DNA of 64,000 nucleotides from Bdellovibrionia bacterium (GCA_030424665.1 JAUHWN010000002.1:7731-71730), one strand, 5' to 3'. Positions 18,342 to 28,080 are shown, numbered from the stretch's first letter. Notes: generated by a model from the letters alone, not told the origin. A program made the numbers and translations.

Positions 18342-19304
18342 TTACTTTGCCTGGGCAAAAAGGCCAATAAATTCAAAGATTGAGTCTAGAGCGGCTAAAC
18401 AGGTTATTTCACTTTGATCGTAGGCTGGACACACTTCTACCAAGTCACATGCTACGAGGTTTTTTATTTTGAGAGATCTTAAAATCTGCTGCGTCTCATA
18501 GGTCGTTAGTCCACCAGGCACTGGAGTCCCCGTTCCTGGCGCATAGGCAGGGTCTAAACAATCGATATCAAAAGAAATATAAACCGGATCGTCATTAAAT
18601 TCCGGTAGGGCATCAACAAATTCAAAGATTCCCTTTCTACGAATATCATCAACAGTATGAACATTAATCTTATGTTTTGTCACAAAGTCTAGGTCGTCAG
18701 AACCCGCTAAAGGTCCACGTATCCCAAACTGATGACTCTTTTCTGGAAGAATTAATCCTTCTTCAACCGCATGGCGAACAAAAGCGCCATGGTGGTATTC
18801 ACATCCCCATGCAGCTGGGTAAGTATCTAAATGGGCGTCAAAGTGAATTAATTGAACTGGGCGACCTAGGTTTTTCTTTACTGCACGAAGTAGGGGAAGT
18901 GTTGTTGAGTGGTCGCCGCCAACAGCAATGAACTTCTTATTCTTGGATAGTAAATTTAAAAAGTAAGCTTCGATTTTTTCGTAAGTTTGTTTGAGATCAA
19001 TAGGAACTGTCGGACAATCACCCAGATCGGCTACTTTCAGCTTTTCGACAAAACTCTGGTGGCGGCCCCAGTTATAAACTCTACCTAATGAAGAAACTTC
19101 TCGAATCCGCGTCGGACCAAAGCGAGCCCCGGGTCGATAAGAAACTCCTCCATCAAAAGGAACTCCGACGATTCCCAATTCGTAATCAGCATCGATGTCG
19201 ACATGGGGTAACCTAAAAAAAGTCTTGATCGCTGAAAATCGTGGAAAGTCTCTACCGGGTAATGGTTTATATTCTGACACAAAAAACTCCAAGTAATGAA
19301 TCAC
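18342..19304 (-). CDS. speB: agmatinase (ureohydrolase/arginase family)
   Basis: Mn-binding motifs GGDHSTT, HFDAHLDTY, and SFDIDCLDPAYAPGTGTPVPGGLT. Substrate specificity (agmatine versus another guanidino compound) is inferred only from family resemblance. Confidence 0.75.
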   Translation of the reverse strand: MIHYLEFFVSEYKPLPGRDFPRFSAIKTFFRLPHVDIDADYELGIVGVPFDGGVSYRPGARFGPTRIREVSSLGRVYNWGRHQSFVEKLKVADLGDCPTVPIDLKQTYEKIEAYFLNLLSKNKKFIAVGGDHSTTLPLLRAVKKNLGRPVQLIHFDAHLDTYPAAWGCEYHHGAFVRHAVEEGLILPEKSHQFGIRGPLAGSDDLDFVTKHKINVHTVDDIRRKGIFEFVDALPEFNDDPVYISFDIDCLDPAYAPGTGTPVPGGLTTYETQQILRSLKIKNLVACDLVEVCPAYDQSEITCLAALDSIFEFIGLFAQAK

Positions 19305-19339
19305 TTGGAGTTTTATACATCTCAGCCATAAAAATCAAG

Positions 19340-20167
19340 CTATTGGCCAGAAAGCTTCCTTGAACGGAGGTATTCGTTGATTGAAAACTGCAAAATTCTA
19401 GAAGTTTTACTATTTTCTGGCAATTCTTCTTGCAGACGGTGGAATATATCGAAGGTCTCAGGAGTCATAAACTCTAGAGATTTCTTTGCCAGATCTCGGG
19501 ACAAGAAAAACCCACCATGACGAATTTGGTGCGAAATAAAACTAGAAACTTCGCGACCAAAGCCAAACTGATGATATGATTTTAGTAATGCGGTCGCCGA
19601 ATCATAAAGAGGAACACTCGATGACTGCGACAAGCCACCCATAATAGCTTCTAACCTCTCCTGATTTGGCTCTACCCAAGCAAAGTACTCAAGGGCCTGT
19701 TCTTTAACAAAATCATCTTGATGAGCCACATAGCTAGAAAAAAGATATTCGAACTTTCCCGTATACTCGGGGTTCTTCAATAAAAAGTCTTTTATAGCAA
19801 TGAGTGCGTCCAAAGTTTGCTTACGAAAGTGAGAATTAGCATCCAAAGGCGATTGTGCTTCGAACTCCAATTCACAATTTGGATCGAACCAACATTTTTG
19901 ACTCTCTTCCAACTTCTCCAACTGAACCTGAAGAGCCTCTAGATCACCACGTTCCGCATCGGACTCACTGGCATCGAAAAGTTCTTTCATCAATTCTTGA
20001 GAATTTTCTTTTATCTCTTTAGATTGAGAAACTGGGTCGTTCATATGCTGCTGACTCTCACTTGGTGAACGATCACCAAGTGCTGACAACTTCGAGTCTG
20101 AAACTATCAAGGCTACAAACCCCAAAATAATTAATACTAATAAACTGTAATAAAACCGATCCTTCAC
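19340..20167 (-). CDS. hypothetical membrane-anchored or secreted helical protein
   Basis: 275-aa ORF with an N-terminal hydrophobic segment YYSLLVLIILGFVALIV. No recognisable motif. It lies 9 nt downstream of the SLT/SH3 gene, so it is probably co-transcribed. Confidence 0.5.
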   Translation of the reverse strand: MKDRFYYSLLVLIILGFVALIVSDSKLSALGDRSPSESQQHMNDPVSQSKEIKENSQELMKELFDASESDAERGDLEALQVQLEKLEESQKCWFDPNCELEFEAQSPLDANSHFRKQTLDALIAIKDFLLKNPEYTGKFEYLFSSYVAHQDDFVKEQALEYFAWVEPNQERLEAIMGGLSQSSSVPLYDSATALLKSYHQFGFGREVSSFISHQIRHGGFFLSRDLAKKSLEFMTPETFDIFHRLQEELPENSKTSRILQFSINEYLRSRKLSGQ

Positions 20168-20176
20168 AACACTATC

Positions 20177-21772
20177 CTATTCAGAGATTTTGACCCACGA
20201 GTCCGTGGTTACACTTGGATTCATGCGACCCGCGTAGAGGTAAGACATACGCCCGTCGTGTTGTACGAGTAAATAGACAAGTGATTCCTCGCCTATAACC
20301 CTTACTGCATAAACCTTAAACGTTTCACCCGTTTCAGCGGTGGTAACGACTTCACTGTCCTCATGGGGACTTCGAAGAAGCTTAGTTCCTTCTTCTTTTA
20401 CTACTTCAGCAACTTGTCCTTTTGACGGAAACACATAATTAGAGTCTTCATTGGCTTCGACTTCTTCTGCCCACTCTAAATGGTCTTCAATATCGCCAGC
20501 GTAAATATAGCCATACTTTCCATTCACTTTTATTAGATAATAACGTCCACCAGACCCATCATTTTTAAAATCGAAATCGAGAACCTGATAGATGTCACCA
20601 GCCGTTGTCCCAGTGACGAGATTCCCTCCTGGGGTCGCTCGCACATTAATTGACTTGTTTAGTTTAATAAAACTGTGGCGCTTGATAAGACTTGGAAAGG
20701 CATTGTGACAAATCAGGTCTCTATTGGTGAACGTTTTGATGATCATGTCATCGGACTTTTCAAACTCAACAAAGCCCTTTTTCTCTTCAGGTAAACCCTC
20801 GGAAGCCTTGAAACAGCTACGCATTCTCGAGTCTTGAAAACATGAAAGTTCTGCCTCACCTGTTCGATAGCAAGTTTCACCAGATGCGAGTAGGTATTTG
20901 TCTCCATCGTAGTAGGCGTCATAATTTACTGACTTATCACAATTACCTTCGTCATTCATAAGGCAATTGATATCAACCGGGCTTTTTGAATCGTCTTGAT
21001 GGCTTTCGGCATGCCTCAACCAAAGTTGATCTTTCCATTTCTGGTGATAACCACGGTCGTTCTGCGCCCAACGTGCTCCACTGTTCGTCCATCGACAGTA
21101 TGAACCGGGACCACCGTTGTAGGCTGAATAAGCACTACGCGCTCTTCTTTTAAAGTAATCAGAATTCCCTTCGCGGCCTCGAACACAACTCTTTGATTTT
21201 GAACCTTCCCAATAGTCATAAAAATGATCGAGACCATAGAGAATGTTTTCGACGAGATCCACGCCAATATCGGTACCTTGAATCTTATGCCACCTTCGGT
21301 GAATTTGCATAATTCCATAACTATAAAGACTATCGCCCGTAGTTAGTTTTATATTTCCATCTCTCTCTATTCGGTAATGAGACAAATATGTTTCTTGATT
21401 TCCCTTAGCCAGAATGGCGCGAACCCAGGCTTTTTTCTCCTGTTCACTGGCATTTGGTTTTCTTTGATCGATATAGAATCGAGCCAAGTCGGCGATAAGG
21501 CCGACCATTGAAGTCACATACTCTTTACGCTGAACTTCAGTTTCTTCTGCTCTGTTAAAAACAAAACTTGCGTAGTTGAACATGACGTCTGGAATTTCTT
21601 TGTAGGCACTGACGTCGCAACCGACCCCACCTTCTCCAAAATCAAATTCTCCACCTTTTCGATTCTTACAACGATTACTTCGATAATCAGTGGCAAAAGC
21701 CGACTGACAGATCAGTATCGTTAGTACGCTAAAAACTAGTAACCACCTAAATGGTGCTTTACGCCTTTCCAT
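20177..21772 (-). CDS. secreted lytic transglycosylase-like protein with two C-terminal SH3b-like domains
   Basis: Signal peptide LLVFSVLTILICQSAFA. SLT-like motif series: Glu in NQETYLSH, SYGIMQI, and AYSAYNGGPG. Multiple Cys are present. Two SH3b-like repeats occur near the C-terminus (INVRATPGG...YGYIYAGDI and TKLLRSPHED...MSYLYAGRM). Confidence 0.6.
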   Translation of the reverse strand: MERRKAPFRWLLVFSVLTILICQSAFATDYRSNRCKNRKGGEFDFGEGGVGCDVSAYKEIPDVMFNYASFVFNRAEETEVQRKEYVTSMVGLIADLARFYIDQRKPNASEQEKKAWVRAILAKGNQETYLSHYRIERDGNIKLTTGDSLYSYGIMQIHRRWHKIQGTDIGVDLVENILYGLDHFYDYWEGSKSKSCVRGREGNSDYFKRRARSAYSAYNGGPGSYCRWTNSGARWAQNDRGYHQKWKDQLWLRHAESHQDDSKSPVDINCLMNDEGNCDKSVNYDAYYDGDKYLLASGETCYRTGEAELSCFQDSRMRSCFKASEGLPEEKKGFVEFEKSDDMIIKTFTNRDLICHNAFPSLIKRHSFIKLNKSINVRATPGGNLVTGTTAGDIYQVLDFDFKNDGSGGRYYLIKVNGKYGYIYAGDIEDHLEWAEEVEANEDSNYVFPSKGQVAEVVKEEGTKLLRSPHEDSEVVTTAETGETFKVYAVRVIGEESLVYLLVQHDGRMSYLYAGRMNPSVTTDSWVKISE

Positions 21773-22006
21773 AGTTCCTCCCCCGTTGCCCCAATCCCGC
21801 GGGCATTTTCTCTTCCCTCCCCTTAGAGCAAGGCAGGGGCCAAGTAGCCCTGAAAAATTTTTGCAAAGGAGCCCAATCAGTCACCAAAGGTAAGTCACTA
21901 GAGTTTTTCGCCTTTCGCCTATGACATGCTAAAGCATGATTTTTACTCGAATTTGACGCGCTGAGATAAGTTGCCGGAAAGGGGCTCATTCGATTAAAGA
22001 AATTCC

Positions 22007-23011
22007 ATGCATAAACTTCCGACGAAAAAAAAGATCGCTCGTAAAAGGGATTCAATTCTCGATTGGTACCGTGAAAACCGCAGACCTTTGCCGTGGAGAA
22101 GCAGTCGAAATCCCTACAAGATTTGGATATCTGAAGTCATGCTTCAACAAACGACTGTTCAAGCCGTGATCCCTTATTATGAGAGGTTTTTAAAACGCTT
22201 CCCAAGTATCGATGATCTCGCTACCGCAGATATCAGTGAAGTCTATGAAGCTTGGGCCGGATTGGGATACTACTCGAGAGCCAGGAATTTGCACAAGGCG
22301 GCCCAAGAAATTTCAAAAATTGGTTTTGCTCAATCCTGGGAAGATCTCATTAAACTTCCAGGTTTTGGAGATTACACATCGAGAGCTGTTTCTAGTCTCG
22401 CTTTTGGCGAAAGTGTAGGCGTTGTCGACGGCAATGTGATTCGGGTCCTCAGCAGGGCCTTTAATTTAAGTTTGGAATGGTGGAAGACGAAAGAGAAGCG
22501 CTTTTTACAAAGCCTCAGTGATAGCATTAATTCTGAAGGTCCGTCTGAAGAAATAAATCAAGCATTGATGGAACTCGGTGCGACCATTTGCACACCTCAA
22601 TCTCCTGCCTGCCTCATATGCCCTTGGTCATCGACTTGTGAATCGAGAAAACAAGATACTCATTTAAACCTTCCGCTTAAGAAAAAGAAGGCTCCACCAG
22701 AGATTTGGCATTGGAAGCTGGAGGTTCCGAGATTCAACAAAAAGAGTTTTGGCTTTCAAGAAAATAACTACGCTCCCTTTTTAAAAAATCACCTACTTCC
22801 GCCCGGTGAAGTTCGTCGCTTAAAAAAAGCTCCTCGCCAATTCGACTTACGTCATAAGGTTACAAAATACGATCTCTTCATTGATGTGGAGTTTAAAAAC
22901 TGTAGAAAGCAGGCGAAGTCTTACCGCTGGATCGACAAAAAAGCAGTGAGTAAAGAAATCCCCCTCTCAGTTGTAAAAAAAATATTAAGCCTTGCTGACT
23001 CCCCCACTTAA
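22007..23011 (+). CDS. mutY: A/G-specific adenine DNA glycosylase
   Basis: LPWR..RNPYKIWISEVMLQQT, an HhH-GPD region, the 4Fe-4S loop CTPQSPACLICPWSSTC, and a C-terminal NUDIX-like domain. Confidence 0.9.
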   Translation: MHKLPTKKKIARKRDSILDWYRENRRPLPWRSSRNPYKIWISEVMLQQTTVQAVIPYYERFLKRFPSIDDLATADISEVYEAWAGLGYYSRARNLHKAAQEISKIGFAQSWEDLIKLPGFGDYTSRAVSSLAFGESVGVVDGNVIRVLSRAFNLSLEWWKTKEKRFLQSLSDSINSEGPSEEINQALMELGATICTPQSPACLICPWSSTCESRKQDTHLNLPLKKKKAPPEIWHWKLEVPRFNKKSFGFQENNYAPFLKNHLLPPGEVRRLKKAPRQFDLRHKVTKYDLFIDVEFKNCRKQAKSYRWIDKKAVSKEIPLSVVKKILSLADSPT

Positions 23012-23029
23012 GTGTTTCATTAATATGTT

Positions 23030-24094
23030 ATGTATTTAAGGACTCTATTTTATTTAGCAATTAGTCTTTTTATCACCCAATGCACAACCGGTGATAAGCC
23101 ACAGTCTGACTCTAAGCCCATTCAACGAAAAGGGGATCAAGCTAAACAGATAACCTTTAGTGGACAAAATAAATACGGTCGGTTTTCTCCCGATGCACAA
23201 AAAATTATTTTTCACTCAAGCAACCGAAAGAACCACGAAAATTCGCAGATATACATCATGGATATGAGCAACAAAAAAGAACGCAGGATCACCTACCACG
23301 ATGGCGATACGGCTAATGCGCAGTTTTTGTACGACTCTAAAAATATCGCTTATTTATCAACAACTGATGAAATTAAAGAATACCCCCGCCTCATTCAAGA
23401 GGTCCTCGAGGGAAAATCTATTCGCACTAAGTCCGAAAACGAACTCTACCTCCATCCACTAAGACCCTATGAGGTTTATACAAGTCGCATTGATGGCAGT
23501 TCAATAAAACGACTGACTCGAACCCGTGGTTACGATGGAAGTTTGTTTTGGAATTCCAACGATCGACTTTTTTATTTTACGAGCCAGCGGAATAAACGAT
23601 TACAACTCTATTCTATGAGCATGAGTGGGCGAGCTCTACGAAGAAAGCTATCTAGAAGAAATAACGTATTTGATATTCGCTATAATAAGTCACAAAAAAC
23701 TTGGGCTTGGATTGAGTACAGCCCCGATTTTCAAAGTTCTAATATTTTTGTAAGTCGAGCCAACTTTACTAATGTAAAACAATTGAAACTTCCCCAGGGT
23801 TTACATTGGTCTCTCGAATTCTTTCCCGATGGACAAAGGCTGGTCTTTAGCTCCCAATCTCCAGGTACAACTGGCTTCAACCTTTTTGCCTACAACCTAA
23901 AAACAGATTGTATTGATACAATCACAGAGTTGACGGGCCACGAGTACGCACCAGACTTTAATCCTGTTACCGGTGAGCTCTTGTTTACTTACAAAACCAG
24001 TTTAGAAACCCAACTTTACATTCACAAAATCAATTCTAAAGAACTCTGCGGAGCTAGCCCTCCCCCAGCCCAGATTCAGTCCAAAAAAATGTAA
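23030..24094 (+). CDS. TolB-like beta-propeller (PD40 repeat) lipoprotein
   Basis: Lipobox LFITQC. Repeated PD40-like units: FSPDAQKIIFHS, FFPDGQRLVFSS, and YAPDFNPVTGELLFT. Confidence 0.65.
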   Translation: MYLRTLFYLAISLFITQCTTGDKPQSDSKPIQRKGDQAKQITFSGQNKYGRFSPDAQKIIFHSSNRKNHENSQIYIMDMSNKKERRITYHDGDTANAQFLYDSKNIAYLSTTDEIKEYPRLIQEVLEGKSIRTKSENELYLHPLRPYEVYTSRIDGSSIKRLTRTRGYDGSLFWNSNDRLFYFTSQRNKRLQLYSMSMSGRALRRKLSRRNNVFDIRYNKSQKTWAWIEYSPDFQSSNIFVSRANFTNVKQLKLPQGLHWSLEFFPDGQRLVFSSQSPGTTGFNLFAYNLKTDCIDTITELTGHEYAPDFNPVTGELLFTYKTSLETQLYIHKINSKELCGASPPPAQIQSKKM

Positions 24095-24156
24095 TTTAAT
24101 GTGTGACCTCGTGCAAAATGCTTGCTGCGAGAGCTAGCCCTAGTTATTGTTTTAGT

Positions 24157-24711
24157 ATGAAATACACAAGCCTAATTATAAAAGTCGTCTTTAGTTTATT
24201 ACTCTCCATTCCTGCTCTAGCTGCTCCGATTCCAGGAACAACAAGTTCAGAAGTGGTAAAACCACAACTCGGTATCTACCGGTCTCCTCTTGGATTTGAA
24301 ATTTCAAGTCAGCAGACGGATTGGTTACCGACGAATGTTCCAGATGCCAGTAAATTCATCGAGACTCTCTACCGGTCTCCCAATAAGGTTTACGATACTC
24401 GTGGAACTCTCACCGTCCGAGTTGATAAACTGAAAAACCAAGTTTCGCTCAAACAATACATGTCTCGCTGGAGCAAAGAGTATCCCCGCTTTGGCTACAA
24501 TGTTCAGAGAAACAAACCTTTTAAGTTGGGTAAAAATCTCGGCTACGTCGTGGACCTTGTAAATCAAGAAAAGAAGAGACAAATCAGACAAGTCGTTTAC
24601 AAGAAGAATGACACGGCAGTGATTCTTACTTGTAGAGATCACGTTCTCAACTTTAAAGAATCACTCAAGGCTTGTAATCGAATCATTAGATCTTTCGCCT
24701 GGAACAAATAA
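24157..24711 (+). CDS. hypothetical secreted protein
   Basis: I chose the start at MKYTSLIIKVVFSLLLSIPALA (signal peptide); the track ORF begins at 24103. No recognisable catalytic motif. Confidence 0.5.
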   Translation: MKYTSLIIKVVFSLLLSIPALAAPIPGTTSSEVVKPQLGIYRSPLGFEISSQQTDWLPTNVPDASKFIETLYRSPNKVYDTRGTLTVRVDKLKNQVSLKQYMSRWSKEYPRFGYNVQRNKPFKLGKNLGYVVDLVNQEKKRQIRQVVYKKNDTAVILTCRDHVLNFKESLKACNRIIRSFAWNK

Positions 24712-24738
24712 GGTAATTAAATAATTTGCTGTGTAAGA

Positions 24739-24764
24739 AGCTCCTGAAAGGGAGCTTTTTTTTT
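24739..24764 (+). terminator. rho-independent terminator
   Basis: AGCTCC-TGAAAG-GGAGCT followed by a run of 9 T's, immediately after the stop at 24711. Confidence 0.8.
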
Positions 24765-24786
24765 CGGCAAAAGAATAGGACTCTCC

Positions 24787-25920
24787 ATGGAATGGCTTAT
24801 AGCAACATTCATATTTTCAATCTTTCTCGCCTATTCCAATGGAGCCAATGACAATTTTAAAGGTGTCGCCACCCTCTTCGGAAGTAAGACTGCGACCTAT
24901 AAAAAGGCATTAATATGGACTTCTATAACAACGTTCCTCGGAGCGATCACAGCTCTGTTTATTGCCAGCGAACTCGTAATCGTTTTTAAGGGCAAGGGAC
25001 TCGTTCCAAGCGAAGTTATTACAATGAGCGCCTTCCCGGTGGCAGTCGGGCTCGGTGCTGCATTAACGGTCATGTTGGCTACAATCCTAGGACTTCCCGT
25101 TTCCACAACCCATGCTCTCATTGGTGCTTTGGCTGGCGCGGGATGGATGGCAAGCGCTTCAGGAATAAACGGCGCAAAGCTTGCCGAAAAGTTTTTTCTG
25201 CCCTTGATCGCAGGGCCACTTATCTCCATGCTCTTGGCTTTTGTTCTTTACCCCTTGTTTCGAAAACTAAGAGAACTGACCAGCATAGAGCCAGAAACCT
25301 GTGTTTGTATTGGCAACAAGGTGGTCGCGACCGTTCCGGCCGGTATCAGCACCCCCCATGAGGCTGCGAAAATGCTCGAGATGAATTCCGTAGCTTTACC
25401 CCAAGCTATCATCGCAGACGAAGCCTATTGTCGCTCGAGCTACTCAGGTTCAGTCCTTGGCCTATCTGCACGTAACCTTCTGGACACACTTCATTATGCC
25501 AGTGGTGGTCTCGTCTGCTTTGCCAGGGGCCTGAACGATACACCTAAAATTGCAGCCCTATTACTCATAGGTTCCGCATTTTCACTTCACGTTTCTATTG
25601 CGGCAGTGGGGGTCGCTATGGTGATTGGTGGCCTTATTCACTCACGAAAGATTGCGGAAACCATGGGAGACCGAATTACAGAGATGCAGCCAGGCCAAGC
25701 ATTCACCGCCAACCTTGTGACAGGTATCATGGTCTTTGGAGCCTCAAAAATTGGTGTACCCGTCTCTACAACCCATGTATCTTGCGGTTCAATTTTTGGG
25801 ATAGGAGCAGTTACTAAAAAAGCGAAATGGGATACCATTAAGAAAATTCTCGTGGCGTGGGTGACGACCCTTCCCCTCGGGGCCCTTCTCGGCCTGATTG
25901 CAATGGCCATCCTCAGCTAA
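24787..25920 (+). CDS. inorganic phosphate transporter, PiT (PHO4) family
   Basis: Polytopic protein with the duplicated PiT signature: GANDNFKGVATLFGS near the N-terminus and GLNDTPKIAALL in the second half. VSTTHA and VSTTHV repeats are also present. Confidence 0.85.
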   Translation: MEWLIATFIFSIFLAYSNGANDNFKGVATLFGSKTATYKKALIWTSITTFLGAITALFIASELVIVFKGKGLVPSEVITMSAFPVAVGLGAALTVMLATILGLPVSTTHALIGALAGAGWMASASGINGAKLAEKFFLPLIAGPLISMLLAFVLYPLFRKLRELTSIEPETCVCIGNKVVATVPAGISTPHEAAKMLEMNSVALPQAIIADEAYCRSSYSGSVLGLSARNLLDTLHYASGGLVCFARGLNDTPKIAALLLIGSAFSLHVSIAAVGVAMVIGGLIHSRKIAETMGDRITEMQPGQAFTANLVTGIMVFGASKIGVPVSTTHVSCGSIFGIGAVTKKAKWDTIKKILVAWVTTLPLGALLGLIAMAILS

Positions 25921-25930
25921 AGCCCCCGCC

Positions 25931-26304
25931 AAGAACTAACACCCCATTAAATTCTTCTGTCACCCTCTCCATTTCTATCTTAGTAGAAACCCCAAATGCG
26001 GCTAGGGCTGCGGCCTCCACCTTTCTTCTTCGAACAGTCCTCACCTCACTCCATTTTCACAATGATGGAAATTTTTAGCTACGCAGGCTTTGTTAGGATT
26101 TTTCAATTATTAAAAAATTAGTGTTTGTTTCGCACTATTCTAAGCGCCGAGGACTGCCTAACAAATTTCCGTTATTGGGAAAATGGAGTGAGGTTGCGGA
26201 ACTCGAAGAAAGGGGGGCCTCAGCCCTAGCAGCAAATGGGGTCTACTAAATAATAAGAAATGGAGAGGATGACAGAAGAACTCAAAGGGATGGGGTTAGT
26301 TCTT
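25931..26304. repeat. long imperfect inverted repeat (arms ~25931-26096 and ~26156-26304, with a ~60-bp spacer)
   Basis: Manual reverse-complement alignment. The outermost 10 bp match perfectly (AAGAACTAAC/GTTAGTTCTT). Internal perfect blocks are TTCTTCTGTC, CCTCTCCATTTCT, GCTAGGGCTG, ACCTCACTCCATTTTC, and GGAAATTT..GTTAGG. Substitutions and small indels lie between them. The right end overlaps the last 3 codons of the helicase. Confidence 0.85.
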
Positions 26305-28080
26305 TGAGTTCTTGTCTTTGCCTTTTTTACTTTTGCTGTCTTTGGACTTTTTACCGCCGAAGAGACTTGAGATAAGTCCTTTAACCTTAGCCCCAATACC
26401 TTTCTTAGTATTGTGGCTCGATTTCATCTTCATAGACTTATTACTTTTCTTCTTATTCGACTTTTTATTTTGTTGGCCTTTAGTGTTCTTCCGACCTTGG
26501 CCAGCTTTGCCCGCTGACTTTTTATTGTCGTTATTGCGATTCTTATGGCGTCCAGAGCGGCGATCACGATGGACACTCTTTTCTTCATCTCCCGATTGAG
26601 ACGACTTGCTTCTTCTCTTGCGGTGCTTAGTATCTGAATCCGCTGAGCGCTGCTCACCATCTTGATCTTTTCGCGGCTTTTTATGATGGGGCTTCTTGCG
26701 CCCTTTATTGGAGCCACCCTGATTGCGCTTTGAATGTTGGTGACGCCGAGAACCTCTCATATCGTTCTCTGTAGGAAACGCTTTAAAGTCATCTACCAAA
26801 AATTCGTCTTCGAGCCACGCAACTGGCAATTTATTGCCGAGAAACTCTTCGATACGAGAAAGAGCGTCTACGTCATATTCGCCAGCCATACTATAGGCAT
26901 GACCTTTCTCTCCTGCACGACCCGTTCGACCAATTCTATGGACATAATTTTCAGGATCATCCGGAAGCTCGTAATTAATAACGAGATCGACACCCTTAAT
27001 ATCGAGACCTCGAGCCGCCACGTCCGTAGCCACCAAAATGTTTTGCTCGCCATCTTGCTTGAACTGAGAAATCACTTTATTGCGCTGACTTTGCGAAAGC
27101 ATACTGGAAATTCCCAAAGCTGGAATTCCGTTGCTCTCCAAAAATCGCGCAATTTTAGCTACGTTAAATTTAAAGTTGCTAAAAATGATGGCTTGTTTAG
27201 GTTTGTGCTTCTTTAAAATGCCTATTAAATGCTGAGGTTTATCATCGCGTCCGACGTGGAAGATTTCATCTTCCACATTTTCAGCGCGGGCCTCATCTTT
27301 TGAAATATTAATTTCAACCGGATTTGATCCAAAGTTATAAGCGGTACTCATTACCTCTAAATTGAGAGTCGCACTAAACAAAAGGAACTGTCTGTCCTTG
27401 GGAATTCTTTGCAGTATAAAGCGCATATCATCTTTAAATCCCATATCGAACATGCGATCTGCTTCATCAAAGACAATGGCCTTTACCATTTTTAAATCAA
27501 TAAGGTGCTCTTTATAGAGATCAATTAAACGACCTGGAGTTGCAACGATAAATTCAACACCTTCGCGCAGGGGCTTTTTTTGCTTATCGTAAGAAACTCC
27601 GCCATAAATCGGTACAGAGCGGATTCCAGAATCACCACGAAGTGACTGAATGTTTTGCTCTACTTGCTCCGCCAACTCCCGAGTGGGAACGAGAATCAAA
27701 ACAAAGTTTCGCGCATTCCAATCAGGATAACACCTTTCTTTGATTTCATCGCTATCTTCAGCACTAGCTTTTTGTGAGCGCAGTACCCTTTCGAGCAGTG
27801 GTAACACAAAAGCTGCCGTCTTGCCCGTTCCCGTTTGCGCCAGTCCCGCTACATCCTGTCCCTTTAGAACAAGTGGAATCGCTTGGGTCTGAATGGGAGT
27901 GGTCTTATCAAAGCCCATCTTGTCGACGGCTTTTTGAAGGGAATCAATTAATTTGAGTTCGGCAAAAGGAATACCCTCAGGCTCTTCAGTTTCGCTAGGT
28001 ATATCAGGCTCTATTTGGGAAGCAACATTAGCTTCAGTATTTTGATCTTCGCCGATCATAGGGTCGTTTTCAGTGGACAC
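26296..28080 (-). CDS. DEAD-box ATP-dependent RNA helicase with a long basic C-terminal tail
   Basis: Q-motif region, AQTGTGKTAAF, PTRELA, DEAD, SAT, and HRIGRTGRAG. About 155 C-terminal residues are Lys/Arg/Ser/Gly-rich. Confidence 0.92.
   Translation of the reverse strand: MSTENDPMIGEDQNTEANVASQIEPDIPSETEEPEGIPFAELKLIDSLQKAVDKMGFDKTTPIQTQAIPLVLKGQDVAGLAQTGTGKTAAFVLPLLERVLRSQKASAEDSDEIKERCYPDWNARNFVLILVPTRELAEQVEQNIQSLRGDSGIRSVPIYGGVSYDKQKKPLREGVEFIVATPGRLIDLYKEHLIDLKMVKAIVFDEADRMFDMGFKDDMRFILQRIPKDRQFLLFSATLNLEVMSTAYNFGSNPVEINISKDEARAENVEDEIFHVGRDDKPQHLIGILKKHKPKQAIIFSNFKFNVAKIARFLESNGIPALGISSMLSQSQRNKVISQFKQDGEQNILVATDVAARGLDIKGVDLVINYELPDDPENYVHRIGRTGRAGEKGHAYSMAGEYDVDALSRIEEFLGNKLPVAWLEDEFLVDDFKAFPTENDMRGSRRHQHSKRNQGGSNKGRKKPHHKKPRKDQDGEQRSADSDTKHRKRRSKSSQSGDEEKSVHRDRRSGRHKNRNNDNKKSAGKAGQGRKNTKGQQNKKSNKKKSNKSMKMKSSHNTKKGIGAKVKGLISSLFGGKKSKDSKSKKGKDKNSKN

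Noticed and set aside
21925-21938. A palindrome CATGCT-AA-AGCATG in the divergent region between the SLT-like gene and mutY.
   Set aside because: It is a short 6-2-6 palindrome occurring once, with no repeated copy or associated regulator. It may arise by chance in 234 bp of intergenic DNA.
25857-26078. A 73-aa ORF spanning the PiT 3' end and the left arm of the long inverted repeat. A 41-codon ATG ORF also starts near 25996.
   Set aside because: It overlaps the PiT coding end in another frame. The mirrored right arm has no equivalent start codon or open frame, so the arm similarity is at the nucleotide or structure level, not protein-coding.
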